A stretch of 64,000 bases of DNA from assembly GCF_000142905.1 (NCBI RefSeq), contig NW_013657634.1, forward strand, positions 62,001-126,000, in the 5' to 3' direction. The notes beneath the pieces are model-generated. The model did not search any database. It was not told the DNA's origin and worked only from the letters and a program-made list of their open reading frames with translations. This DNA comes from Thecamonas trahens ATCC 50062 (Eukaryota > Protista > Apusomonadida). The position numbers and the translations under genes were made by a program. This document shows, piece after piece, positions 45,667 to 55,928 of the stretch (position 1 is its first letter; every line of letters begins with the position of its first letter).

Positions 45667-46782
45667 AGCTCAGCTCTTCACAACTGCTCAAGTCGGCTCC
45701 CCCCCCTCCCCCCCCCCTCCCCCCTCTCACCTCACTCCATCCTCATGCATCGCCCACCCACGCCCATCCACTCTGACCAAGCAGGCCTCCCTGAAGATGT
45801 GGTGGCGGAGCTCGCTGCCGCTCGGCGAGGAGGTGCTGCTTCCGTATGGCCCGAGATAGGCGGGGGAGACAGGAGGGAGGCGAGCACACACTCGGCGACA
45901 TCAGACAGGGAGGAAAGCATGGCGGAGGCTGGGACCGGAAGCGATGGCGGTGGCAAGAGGTGGCGATGGGCAGGTCTTGCAGCGGCAGCGGGCTATGTTC
46001 TCGCCATTGTCGTTGGTGCGCCAACAAGAGGCTGGAGTGACCATGTCCAGACCGTGGTCATGGGATTGGCATCAGGGATCTTGCTGACACTGCTAGCTCC
46101 GCCGATCTCGCCGTCGCCATCTCTGTCATCGACATCAGGCTGGATCATCGCTGCCGTGCCCCGAGTGGCGGCCATGACGGTCGCGGCTTCTCTGCTGCTG
46201 GCGCTGGGGAGTGTCTCTGCTCTGAACAACGCAGACTTTACTCTCGGCATCCCGCACTCGGGCACGCACTTTGTTGTCGCGCTTGCTGTTGCCGGAGCCG
46301 CCGCCATCGCCGGCTGGCTTGTCGCCAGCTGTGCTTCCCGCCGTCCGCCGCCGCCTCCGTCGCGGAATCGGTTGCAGCACGCGCATGCACGGCGGCGCCG
46401 AGACCGCGGCAGCAGGCCATCGCGTCCGGTCCCTCCCACCGAGCTGGAGCACACAACATCGATGCCCGGCGTGTTTCACGCTCCGGCAGCGCCGCCTGCA
46501 GTGCCAACGGCATCTCCTGCGCGGTCCTGGGCTGACTGGCTCAACCCAATGACATGGTTCGCATCGCCCGGCAGCACGCCAGACGCTGCTGACGCCTACA
46601 CCTCGGACGGCTCCGCATCGTATTACTCGGATCGCATGACCGGGCGGACGTTGTTCGACACTGCCAAGTCGGGCTTGACCGTCTACTCGGAGTCATGCAG
46701 CTCGAATTCGGGCACGGCCGCGGGCGCGGGTGTGTGTGCAGGCGAGGGCGTAGACTCGGTCTCCAGCTCTTGGTCAGTATGA
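45664..46782 (+). CDS. Uncharacterised membrane protein (about 4 TM); 5' exon structure uncertain (probable acceptor at 45785)
   Basis: Four hydrophobic helices then a Pro/Ser-rich tail. C-rich tract, CTGAC branch and CAG precede 45786. Confidence 0.55.
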   Translation: MSSALHNCSSRLPPLPPPSPLSPHSILMHRPPTPIHSDQAGLPEDVVAELAAARRGGAASVWPEIGGGDRREASTHSATSDREESMAEAGTGSDGGGKRWRWAGLAAAAGYVLAIVVGAPTRGWSDHVQTVVMGLASGILLTLLAPPISPSPSLSSTSGWIIAAVPRVAAMTVAASLLLALGSVSALNNADFTLGIPHSGTHFVVALAVAGAAAIAGWLVASCASRRPPPPPSRNRLQHAHARRRRDRGSRPSRPVPPTELEHTTSMPGVFHAPAAPPAVPTASPARSWADWLNPMTWFASPGSTPDAADAYTSDGSASYYSDRMTGRTLFDTAKSGLTVYSESCSSNSGTAAGAGVCAGEGVDSVSSSWSV

Positions 46783-49700
46783 CTTGCGCACCATGGCCTC
46801 GATCTCGATCGCCAGCACCATGAGGGCGAGCGGAACACGCCCGATCATCCGAAACGTGACTTGCCACGGCCGCTCCTGAACCAATTTCTGCTGCTGTGGC
46901 GCACCAAACGGCTTGGCCGCGCTGTGGTGGCCAAACGGCTTGGCCGCGCTGTGGTGGCCAAACGGCTTGGCTCGACCATGGTGGCCAAACGGCTGGTGCG
47001 CATGTCGGGACCCGTGCTGGCCCTGGGCAGGTATGATCCGTTCCGCTCGCAAAACCTTGTTGTTGGCCCGCTCAAAGGTGTATGAGACGCTGCCATCGGC
47101 GCTCGTGAACAGATCGCCCTCTCTGCCACACCTGAACATTGTTGTCTTCCACGGCACATTGCCGTTGTGGCTGCTGGCGTCGAGTTGCAGCTTCTCGCTG
47201 TCCCAAATCCATCGTGAGTTTCGGCCGCTGGAGGCAAGACGGTAGGGGAGCTTGACCTCGATGCCCGGACCGCAAAAGCTGATGCTGCTACCCGACGACA
47301 AGCACTCGAGCATCCGCGCATTCCACAGCCACTCGATCTGGCTGCCCCCGTCTGAGACGGGAACCAGCCGACCCATAGGCTTGCCGGTCGGCGAGGGAGG
47401 TGCGCGGGCAAGTAGCTTGAGCCCTTTGAGGACTATATTGCGCTCCAGAACAAAGTGCGCATAGTGCCGCTCGATCTCACCGACTGCAAGATTGGCGTCA
47501 AGCGACGATGATGGGTCGCACGTGGAGATAAGCATGCGCGCCCGCGCGTACGCCGCGTGTGCGGTGACATCGTCGGCCCCGAGTTGGTCTGCAAATCGCG
47601 CAGTGATGAACCAGAGCGCCGCCACGTCGGGTGCCGCCATCAGTGCGTGCTTCAAATCCGGCGCGAGCTTGGGGTAGTATGCTGTTGACGCCGTCCACAG
47701 GTCGCGGTCTGCCACCTGCAGCACTCGCTGGCCCATGGCCACAACCTTGGCATGCGACGCCATCTGGAGCCGGACCATCGGAGTCCGCGGCGTGACAGAA
47801 GCGACCTGGCTGGCCTTGAACGGCGCAGCAAGCGCGAGCACAGACATCGGCTGCCGCACCATTGTCCCATTGACGGCCTCGGTAAAATGGATACCAGTCG
47901 CAGCCTGGACTCGCGCAAAGACCAAGCCGAGGTCGACGCTCGTTCGCAGCTCCGCACCGTGCTCCACGTCCATCGGGTACTTGGCCGCTACATGCGCTAC
48001 AAACGATCCGCCGCGCGCCCAAACCGTCGTCGCCGCCCGCGACGTGCCCAGCACAAGGTTAAAGTGGTCGACAATTCGCGCCCTAAGCTCGTTCTCGTCG
48101 CGCCCGACGCCCCCGCAGTCACGCATGATCTCGCGGAGCTCGACCTTGAGTGTCCGGCTCACCATTTCCGTGAGCAGCAGCCGTCGCAGACGCGCTGCCG
48201 CCACTCCGCCCTTCTCTTCGACCAAACCAGCAACGGCGCCGAGGTACCGGACGTTGATGCCCCACTCGTGCAGTGCGTCCTCGAGAATGTCAAGCACGGC
48301 CGCATCGAGCTCGGCGGCTCGGCCTCCGGAATGAGCACGCGGCCATGCTCGGATTGCTTGCAAATGGACCGACCTTGGCCCCAGATCGAGGCCAGTTACC
48401 TCGCTCGCCTCATCGGACTCGGCCTTGCCCTCGGAAGCAGTCGGCAGAATTCGGGACCGGGCTTCAACCGCAAGTCGAATCTCGTGCCGCAGCGCCTCGC
48501 CAGCGACCACAAAATCCTTAGCGAGACTGGTAATCGATGCTGCTAGCTCGTTCCATGTCTGCGGCTCGACGTCGCGTGACGCATGGGCGCCGTCTTTGTC
48601 AGCCGCACGCGCTTGCGCCTCAATCTCGGCATGCGCTGCCGCGTACGCATCGTGGAGCTCGCGTGCAAACGCTGGAATGACATGGGTGCGGAGGTGCGCG
48701 ACAGCGGCGCGGACCCGGGCGTTATGGGTGCTGTGGTCGTTGCGGCCCAGACCGAAACGCGTCTGGCGAGAGCGGGTGCGGAAAGGCAGACACCAGTTCG
48801 GGCCGGAGGAGCCGGTAGAGGTGCGAGCCGCGGAGAGTCACGACCGGCTCGTCAGGGGGGAAGAGCCGGGCAGTGTCGAGGACATATGTCCGGCCGTCGG
48901 TGCCGACGTGGACCTCGACATCGGCAGCGAGTCGCGTTTGAATGGTGGCCGATCCGTCGCGCGAAGTGACAGCATGCTCAGCAAGATTGAGCCCGACGCC
49001 GAGCTGCTCGAGTGCACGTCCGGTGGCGGACTCGGGAGCCGCCTGATGGACGGTGACGCCCGCATCGCTCGAACCGTGGACCAGCGACTCTGGCGGCACA
49101 ATCGGAACCAGCGCTGCGGCAACAAGTCGAAAGCCAGAGTAGTCAACCAGTGCAAGAAGCGGGGCACCGAGACCAGGCACATATGCTGAAGTCACTGCTT
49201 CAGCACCAAGAAGCTCGTGGGCAGCGGCCTTGCCGGCAAAAGCATCGCCGCCGTAGAGGCCGGTCGTGTCGCGGGCAAACTTGAGCAGCATTCCGTCCAC
49301 AACATACTTGTCGCCACCGGCCACGCCGCCCATCGACTGCGAGGGGGGATGTGTCTGTGCCGTAGGCGGGAGGTGCATCTCGTCGACAATGATCTTGGCG
49401 TGGGCCCGCGCCGCCGCCTCAAACTCTCCACGCACCATGGCCAGCTGCTCTTCTCGATCTGCACTCTCCGACTCGAGCACTTCTTGATACATGCGATTCC
49501 AATCTACACTGCTGTTGCACTCTGCATTGCTTGCAGCACGTTCCGGGGCGGCGGTCCGAGTCGCCGTTGGCGCAGGGGCCGAGCTAGGCGCACCATCGTC
49601 GAGCGGATGGTACATGTGATGCGCCAGCCCTAGAATCCCACCACCAATGCCTTCTCCAAGCCGACCACCTCCATCACCACTATCCAGATCAATCTGAGGA

Positions 49701-49831
49701 GGACCCAAGGCTGCATAAAATCCATCATCATCATCATCATCACCACCAGCACCAGCACCAGCACCATCATCATCGTGGACCAGAGGCGCATACATGGAGA
49801 CGAGCTGCGGGCGCACACCAAAGTCAGCCAT
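46774..49831 (-). CDS. Clu-domain (clustered mitochondria-like) protein; apparent frameshift near 48750
   Basis: DWN..YQ, GGVAGGDKY, LVDYSGFRLVA, GSSDAG, GTDGRTYVLDTARLFPP, LLRPELV, PLSPDAF. Downstream frame has LHEWGINVRYLG and LLTEMVSRTLK. Confidence 0.85.
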
Positions 49832-49896
49832 GACGTGCGGGGGGTGAAGCAAGGGTACGGCCGTCCAAGTGGGTGAGGTCAAGCGAGTGTGGTCCA

Positions 49897-49898
<2 letters not shown>

Positions 49899-49965
<67 letters not shown>
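49899..49965 (+). repeat. (TG)n microsatellite
   Basis: Directly visible. Confidence 0.9.
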
Positions 49966-49966
<1 letters not shown>

Positions 49967-50366
49967 GGGTGTGGTGGCTGGTCTGGCCATCACCACTTGG
50001 TCCATGTCACCCTTTTTCAGGGCCTGTCCACCCCCCCCCCCCCCCCCTCCCCCTCCCCCTCTCTCCCCTCCTCGCCACCACACACGTCAGATGGCCACTA
50101 TAGACGGAATACTTATTGTCTGATCTCATCCTTTACACCAAGCATGTACCATATACCTTTTTTCATAGCGCTCATAGTTGTATCGTTCCAGCTGTGATAT
50201 TCTCCTCGTTACAGCCTCTGCACTCTTCGGTCGTGTGCACGGAGAGCCATGTCAGGTGCGAGAAGGGCGACAGGGCCGAGACGGGCGGAGGCAGGGCGAG
50301 GGGGGGGGGGGAGGGAGACAGGGCGAGAAGGGGAACTATACGTCACTTTAATTCTTTAGGGCTTCC

Positions 50367-53264
50367 ATGGGTGTGGTGGGTGGCGGGCTGTGCGTGGCGA
50401 CTGTGCTGGTGCTGGGACTGGCGTGCGTGCTGGTGGGTAGGGTGGCTGGCGAGGGGGAGACGGTTCACATCATTTGTCACTCGCATGACGATGTGGGCTA
50501 TGTCAAGACGTATGAGCAGTACTACGAGGATCAAGTCCGGTTCATCATCTCGTCGGTCTCGGATGAGCTGGCAAAGGATCCGGAGCTGCGGTTCATCCAG
50601 GTGGAGACGGCGTACTTTCAGATGTGGTGGGAGGACGAGAGAACGACGCAGGCGCAGAGGGAGACGATCAAGGCGTTGGCGGCGTCGGGCCAGCTCGAGT
50701 TTGTGTCAGGCGGCATTGTGATGAACGACGAGGCTGTGGCCCACTATGAGCCAGTCATCCAGCAGATGACCGAAGGCCACTTGTTCCTTCTCAACACCGT
50801 CGGCGTGGTGCCTGCCTTTGGCTGGCAAATCGATCCGTTTGGCGCGTCGTCGGTCACGCCGTTGCTTTGGGCGGCGTCAGGCTTCAACGGCCATGTCATC
50901 CGCCGCATCAACTGGGAAGAGTCGTTTGCGCTCAAAGCGGCGGGCTCGGAGGAGTTTCTCTGGCGCGGCGACGCTTGCGCGCCTGCATCGCCGGCCTCCA
51001 ACGTCTCGGACATCTACACCCACATCCTCGGGCTGACGTACTCTGCGCCGCACGGTTTCAACTTTGAGCATCCAGACGCCAAACCGGCGACGCCGGAGAA
51101 CCTACCGCTGCTTGCCGACGAGTTTTTTGCCAACGTGCTGGTGCGGCTGCCGTGGTATGTCGACTCGGGTCATGTGATGGTCCCTGCTGGTGGCGACTTT
51201 GCGTACACCAACGCGTCGCTGATGTTTCGCAACCAGTCGGCAGTGGTGGCGTACCTCAACGAGCACTCGGCGGCCAAGTATCGCAACATGACGTTTCGGT
51301 TCTCTACGGTGGGCGAGTACTTTGCCGCTGTCCATGCCTCGCTTGCTGCGAGCGGGACGCGAGTCAACCAGTTTGTCGACAAGGACTTTCTCCCGTACAT
51401 CGAGCTTCCAGAGACTGACTGGACAGGGTTTTTCACCTCGCGGCCATCGCTCAAGGCGTTCTCGCGGGCGCAGGACGCCAATTTGCGCGTGGCCGAGATG
51501 CTGTATCTGCACGCGTTTCGGGCGGCAGGGAGTGCGGCGCAGTTTGCGCGGCTGGCGAGTGGCCGGTGGGCGCAGTCAATTCTCCAGCACCACGACGCCA
51601 TTACCGGGACGTCCAAGCTCCAAGTAGTTGCCGATTACAAGAAACATCTCGCAGAGGCAACGGCCGCGGGCAACGCGCTAGCGTTTGACGCGCTGGCGCA
51701 CCTCGGCCTCGCTGCCAACGTCTCGACATCGGCGCGCAAGGGTCTTGCGCGCCCGCGCGCAGGCAGTCCGGTAACGTCGGCCGTTGTCGTTTGCAATTCG
51801 CTCGGTTGGGCACGCTCGGACATGGTTGCCGTCGACTTTGACGGTGTCTACGTTGACGGGATGAGCGTCGAGGTGAGCCACGCTCGGAGCGGCGCGCAGG
51901 TTGCAGTCCAGCTCGACGGCGAGTGCGAGGCAACGGGCACGCGGCCGACGCTTTGGTTCCAGGCTGTGGATGTGCCGGCAGCAGCGTGCGTCACGTTCAA
52001 GATCGAACTCGCCGTAGGTAGTGGCGTCGAGCCAGAACCTGTTGCTGGCTGTGCGCGCGTGCCCGCGTCTGATGGGGCGTTCACCATCGACAATGGGGTG
52101 GTCGGCCTCAAGTTTGACGCCAGTGCCGGCGTGACCGGAGTGAGGTCGGCCGACTACCGTGGCGGGGCGTGGTCGCTGCTCGACGTGGAGCTGATCAACT
52201 ACGCGTCGTCGCTCGGCTCGGCGTACGTGTTCCGAACCGACATTGGTGTGGTGTTGGGCGGCCCGGCGGCGCTTGTGCGGAGCAGCGGCGAGCTTGTCGA
52301 GACGGTGACCGCAGTGTACACGGTCCACGGCAAGACGACAGTGAGCTGGCGCGTGTTTCATCCACCGGCGCCGAGCGCGGATCAGAAGCGGCGGATCGAT
52401 GTGGCAGTGGCGCTCGGCCCGGTTGACGCGACCGGGGATGGCACCAATGTGGCGTTGAGGTTTGTGACGGATCTTGAGGCCAATGGCGGGTTCTACACCG
52501 ACGACTCGGGCCTGCAGTACCGACTGCGGTTTACCGAGCCCGGCTCTGCACCGTCGTACTCGTACTACCCAGCGGTGTCGGGTGTGCACGTGGCGGCGTG
52601 GGGCGGCGGCGCTGCGCTCGGCGTGGCTGTGCCGTACACGCACGGCGCTGGATCGCCGAGCAACGGCGCGTTCGAGGTTATGGTTCATCGGCGGATGCTG
52701 CAGAACGGGTGGCCCAACGCCGGGCTCGGGCAGGCGCTCAACGACACAACCCGAGTCCATCCGGTTTTCACCCTCGTGGCCGGCAACACGAGTCGCGCCG
52801 GTGTGGCGATGCGAACCAAGCTGACGTACCTCAACAACAACCCACTCGCACTGTTCTTTGGTCAACTTCCACCACCCGAGCTTGCCGCCAGTGCCACGCC
52901 ATCAATCCTGACCACAAGCTTGCCGGAGTTTGCGCATCTTCTTACCGCCAAGGTCCGCGACGGCGGACCGGGCGCGCCGATCATGCTGCGGCTGGCGCGA
53001 CTTGACCAGTGCGAGACCGAGGGTTCGGAAGAGCGGCTGTGCATCCCAACCGCTGCCACATTTGGCAGCGCCGCCTCGCTCGATGAGCGTTCGCTCACGA
53101 TGGTCCTGCCGCGCGCCAAAGTTTCACGATGGAGCTGGCCGGCGCCCAACCCTACAGCCGAGATCGACGCTGGCGGCCTTGCCGGCGACAGCGCGGTCGA
53201 CACCGAGTGCGTCGCGCTCTCTCCGCTGGAGATCCGTGCCTTTTTCCTCCATCCAGGCGTATGA
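50367..53264 (+). CDS. Lysosomal-type alpha-mannosidase, glycoside hydrolase family 38 (MAN2B-like)
   Basis: Signal peptide, HSHDDVG, GQLEFVSGG.VMNDEA, WQIDPFG nucleophile, WTGFFTSRP, QHHDAITGT, EVMVHRR. Confidence 0.95.
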   Translation: MGVVGGGLCVATVLVLGLACVLVGRVAGEGETVHIICHSHDDVGYVKTYEQYYEDQVRFIISSVSDELAKDPELRFIQVETAYFQMWWEDERTTQAQRETIKALAASGQLEFVSGGIVMNDEAVAHYEPVIQQMTEGHLFLLNTVGVVPAFGWQIDPFGASSVTPLLWAASGFNGHVIRRINWEESFALKAAGSEEFLWRGDACAPASPASNVSDIYTHILGLTYSAPHGFNFEHPDAKPATPENLPLLADEFFANVLVRLPWYVDSGHVMVPAGGDFAYTNASLMFRNQSAVVAYLNEHSAAKYRNMTFRFSTVGEYFAAVHASLAASGTRVNQFVDKDFLPYIELPETDWTGFFTSRPSLKAFSRAQDANLRVAEMLYLHAFRAAGSAAQFARLASGRWAQSILQHHDAITGTSKLQVVADYKKHLAEATAAGNALAFDALAHLGLAANVSTSARKGLARPRAGSPVTSAVVVCNSLGWARSDMVAVDFDGVYVDGMSVEVSHARSGAQVAVQLDGECEATGTRPTLWFQAVDVPAAACVTFKIELAVGSGVEPEPVAGCARVPASDGAFTIDNGVVGLKFDASAGVTGVRSADYRGGAWSLLDVELINYASSLGSAYVFRTDIGVVLGGPAALVRSSGELVETVTAVYTVHGKTTVSWRVFHPPAPSADQKRRIDVAVALGPVDATGDGTNVALRFVTDLEANGGFYTDDSGLQYRLRFTEPGSAPSYSYYPAVSGVHVAAWGGGAALGVAVPYTHGAGSPSNGAFEVMVHRRMLQNGWPNAGLGQALNDTTRVHPVFTLVAGNTSRAGVAMRTKLTYLNNNPLALFFGQLPPPELAASATPSILTTSLPEFAHLLTAKVRDGGPGAPIMLRLARLDQCETEGSEERLCIPTAATFGSAASLDERSLTMVLPRAKVSRWSWPAPNPTAEIDAGGLAGDSAVDTECVALSPLEIRAFFLHPGV

Positions 53265-53446
53265 GCGCACCCACGCCACGACAGCTGTTCACTGAGTTGA
53301 ACCCGACGAGGATAGTGAAAGTAGCCATGATAATGATGATGGGAGTGACGGTTGCGACGAACATCGCCATGATGTGACAACGGTTGTTTTTGAATTTCGA
53401 TCTCTGTCGCAGTCGCCGTCGTCGCGTCACACTTGACCCATCAACC

Positions 53447-53662
53447 ATGTTCTGGGGTACGTACCACATCAGCGCAAGGACAAGATGGTCCTGGAGGCCA
53501 TAGCCCATACATCCACACTAGCCCCCCCCCCCCCCACTATCTGAGTGATACTAGCCATGTGGCTGGCACTGTCAACTCTGACGGGAGTAGCCTTGCGAGT
53601 ATGCCATGACCCAGGATGGGACAGCAGGCGAGAGGGAGAGGATGGCTTTGGATGGGCCACGA

Positions 53663-53705
<43 letters not shown>

Positions 53706-55179
53706 CACCCCCCAAACACCACCAGCCAGTGACTAGAGAGGGAGGAAGGGAGAGAGAGAGATGAACGGATGGGTGAAGTCATCCACATTGATATGTATGG
53801 TCTGTGGGCAAGTGTATGCCTGGGGGGGGGATGGTCTGTGTGGTGGCTGTCTTGAGTCTTGTCAAGTGACAAAGAGTGTCTGCATCCAAAACCCGAGCCA
53901 TGGGAGAGGTACCACTCGAGGTGGGCCACATGACGGGATGCAGGTAGTATGGAGAGCAGAGTGGAGGTGGAGGAATAGCAGGTTGTGGCAGATGCACTTA
54001 TGGTTGTTGTGGTGGTAATGGGATGGGTTTATACCTCGTGTAGGACTGGAATGCTTCCCGGGGAAGACGTACTCGCAGTCGCCCGAGGTGCCGACGCGGC
54101 TGTCGCAGGCGTGCCTGGCGCACGATGCCGAGACTGGTGCGCGTGCGACGGTGACGTGCAAGGTTGACGGGCACACGTACAACCTGTGCACGCTCGAGGC
54201 TGGGCGCACCGACTCGCAGACGCTGGATCTGATGTACGGCGCGGACGTGCCTGTCTCGTTCTCGGTCATCGGCGACGCGACGGTGCACCTCTCGGGCTAC
54301 GTCATGGTTGACGAGGAGCCTGAGGAGGACCATGGGATGTACCTGTCTGAGGAGCAGCTGGAGGACCTGCGGGAGCGCGGTCTGCTCGACGACGACGACA
54401 TTCTCGACTCGGACGAGGAGATCGAGGAGATGGACGAGGAGACGCGGGCCAACACGCTGATGAACGCCATGTTCTCGGGCAAGGGCAAGGGCGGCGACAA
54501 CGAGAGCGACGACGACGAGGGTGATGACGAGTACGTGCCGTCGGGCTCCGAGGAGGGCGACCACGACCTGCCGGCGGGCTCCGAGTCGGACGACGACGAG
54601 GCGCTGGACGAGGAGGAGATGATCCGGCAGTACCTGGCGCAGAAGAAGCGCAAGGCGCCGGCTGACGAGGCCGAGGGCAAGAAGGCGTCCAAGAAGGCCA
54701 AGAACCTCGAGGCCGAGGCTGTGGAGAAGAAGCAGAAGGCCAAGAAGGAGGCCAAGGCCAAGAAGGAGGCCAAGGCCAAGGCGGCCAAGGAGGCCAAGGA
54801 GGCCAAGGAGGCCCAGGAGGCCAAGGCGGCCAAGAAGTCCAAGGGTAAGGCCAAGAAGGTGACGCTCAAGAACGGGCTCTGCTACGTCGATGTCGAGGAG
54901 GGCAAGGGCGCGGTGGCCAAGAACGGGCGGACCGTCACGGTCAAGTACATCGGCAAGCTCAAGTCGGGCAAGAAGTTCGACTCGAGCAAGTCGTTCTCCT
55001 TCCGCCTCGGTGCCGGCGAGGTCATCCAGGGCTGGGACGTCGGTGTCAAGGGCATGCGCATCGGCGGCAAGCGGACGCTGTACATCCCGGCCAAGTTGGG
55101 CTACGGCTCGCAGCGCGCCGGGCCGATTCCGCCCAACTCGGAGCTGATCTTTGACGTCTGCCTTAAGGGTGTCAACTAA
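53447..55179 (+). CDS. Nucleoplasmin-like FKBP histone chaperone/PPIase (Fpr3/4, FKBP53 type); exon 1 53447-53456, intron 53457-54043
   Basis: Spliced MFWGLECFPGK NPL start, VHLSGY, acidic and basic linker, FKBP domain (YIGKL..GKKFDSS, EVIQGWDVGV, IPPNSELIFDV). Confidence 0.93.
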
Positions 55180-55672
55180 GATGCGGATCAAACAGTCTCT
55201 GTCGTGTGTGCATTGATGATGTGTGTAATGAGGGGGGGATGGGGAGGGCAAGGAGGGAAGGGATGGGAGGGGTCACAAAGCAAAAGAGAGAAGGGAGATC
55301 TACCCCCGGGCTGACTCGTGCGCGCAGGATGTCTTCCTGGCCCGAGTGGCAATACCGGGGGATATAATACTTTTTGATTAACTTTCCTCACCCTGATCCC
55401 GCTCCCCTGCCCACGCCGGCCATCAGAACAGTATGTGGCGAGACACTCTCCAAATGGGTTTGCATCACTCTGCCTCTTTGCCACCTCTCCTCCCGTCCGC
55501 ACCGCACCGCACCCTCCCCCCCCCTCGCATCCCCACCCCAGGTCACCCACTCGCTTCTACTCGCACGGCGCAGTAGCCGGCCATGACCTCGGTCTCGGGT
55601 CGTGTCCCGCTCTCGCCCGTCCCGCCGCCTCAACCAATCCCCACTGGCTCTGCCCCGCATCTGGCTCACGCC

Positions 55673-55870
55673 ATGACCACCGCTGAGCCGCCTGTCGACT
55701 TTCCCACTTCAAGCTCTGCATTCTAGGTCCAGTTGCCGTCCGTGATGCTCTCAAGGCCGCCGTCCATCCGTTCTGCATTCATCGTCGCTGTGTCCGTGCC
55801 CGCGCCCGCGCTCTTGGTCTCAGCCCCGACGGCGATGAATGCCATGGCGCTGGCGACGGTGAAGGCGATC

Positions 55871-55928
<58 letters not shown>

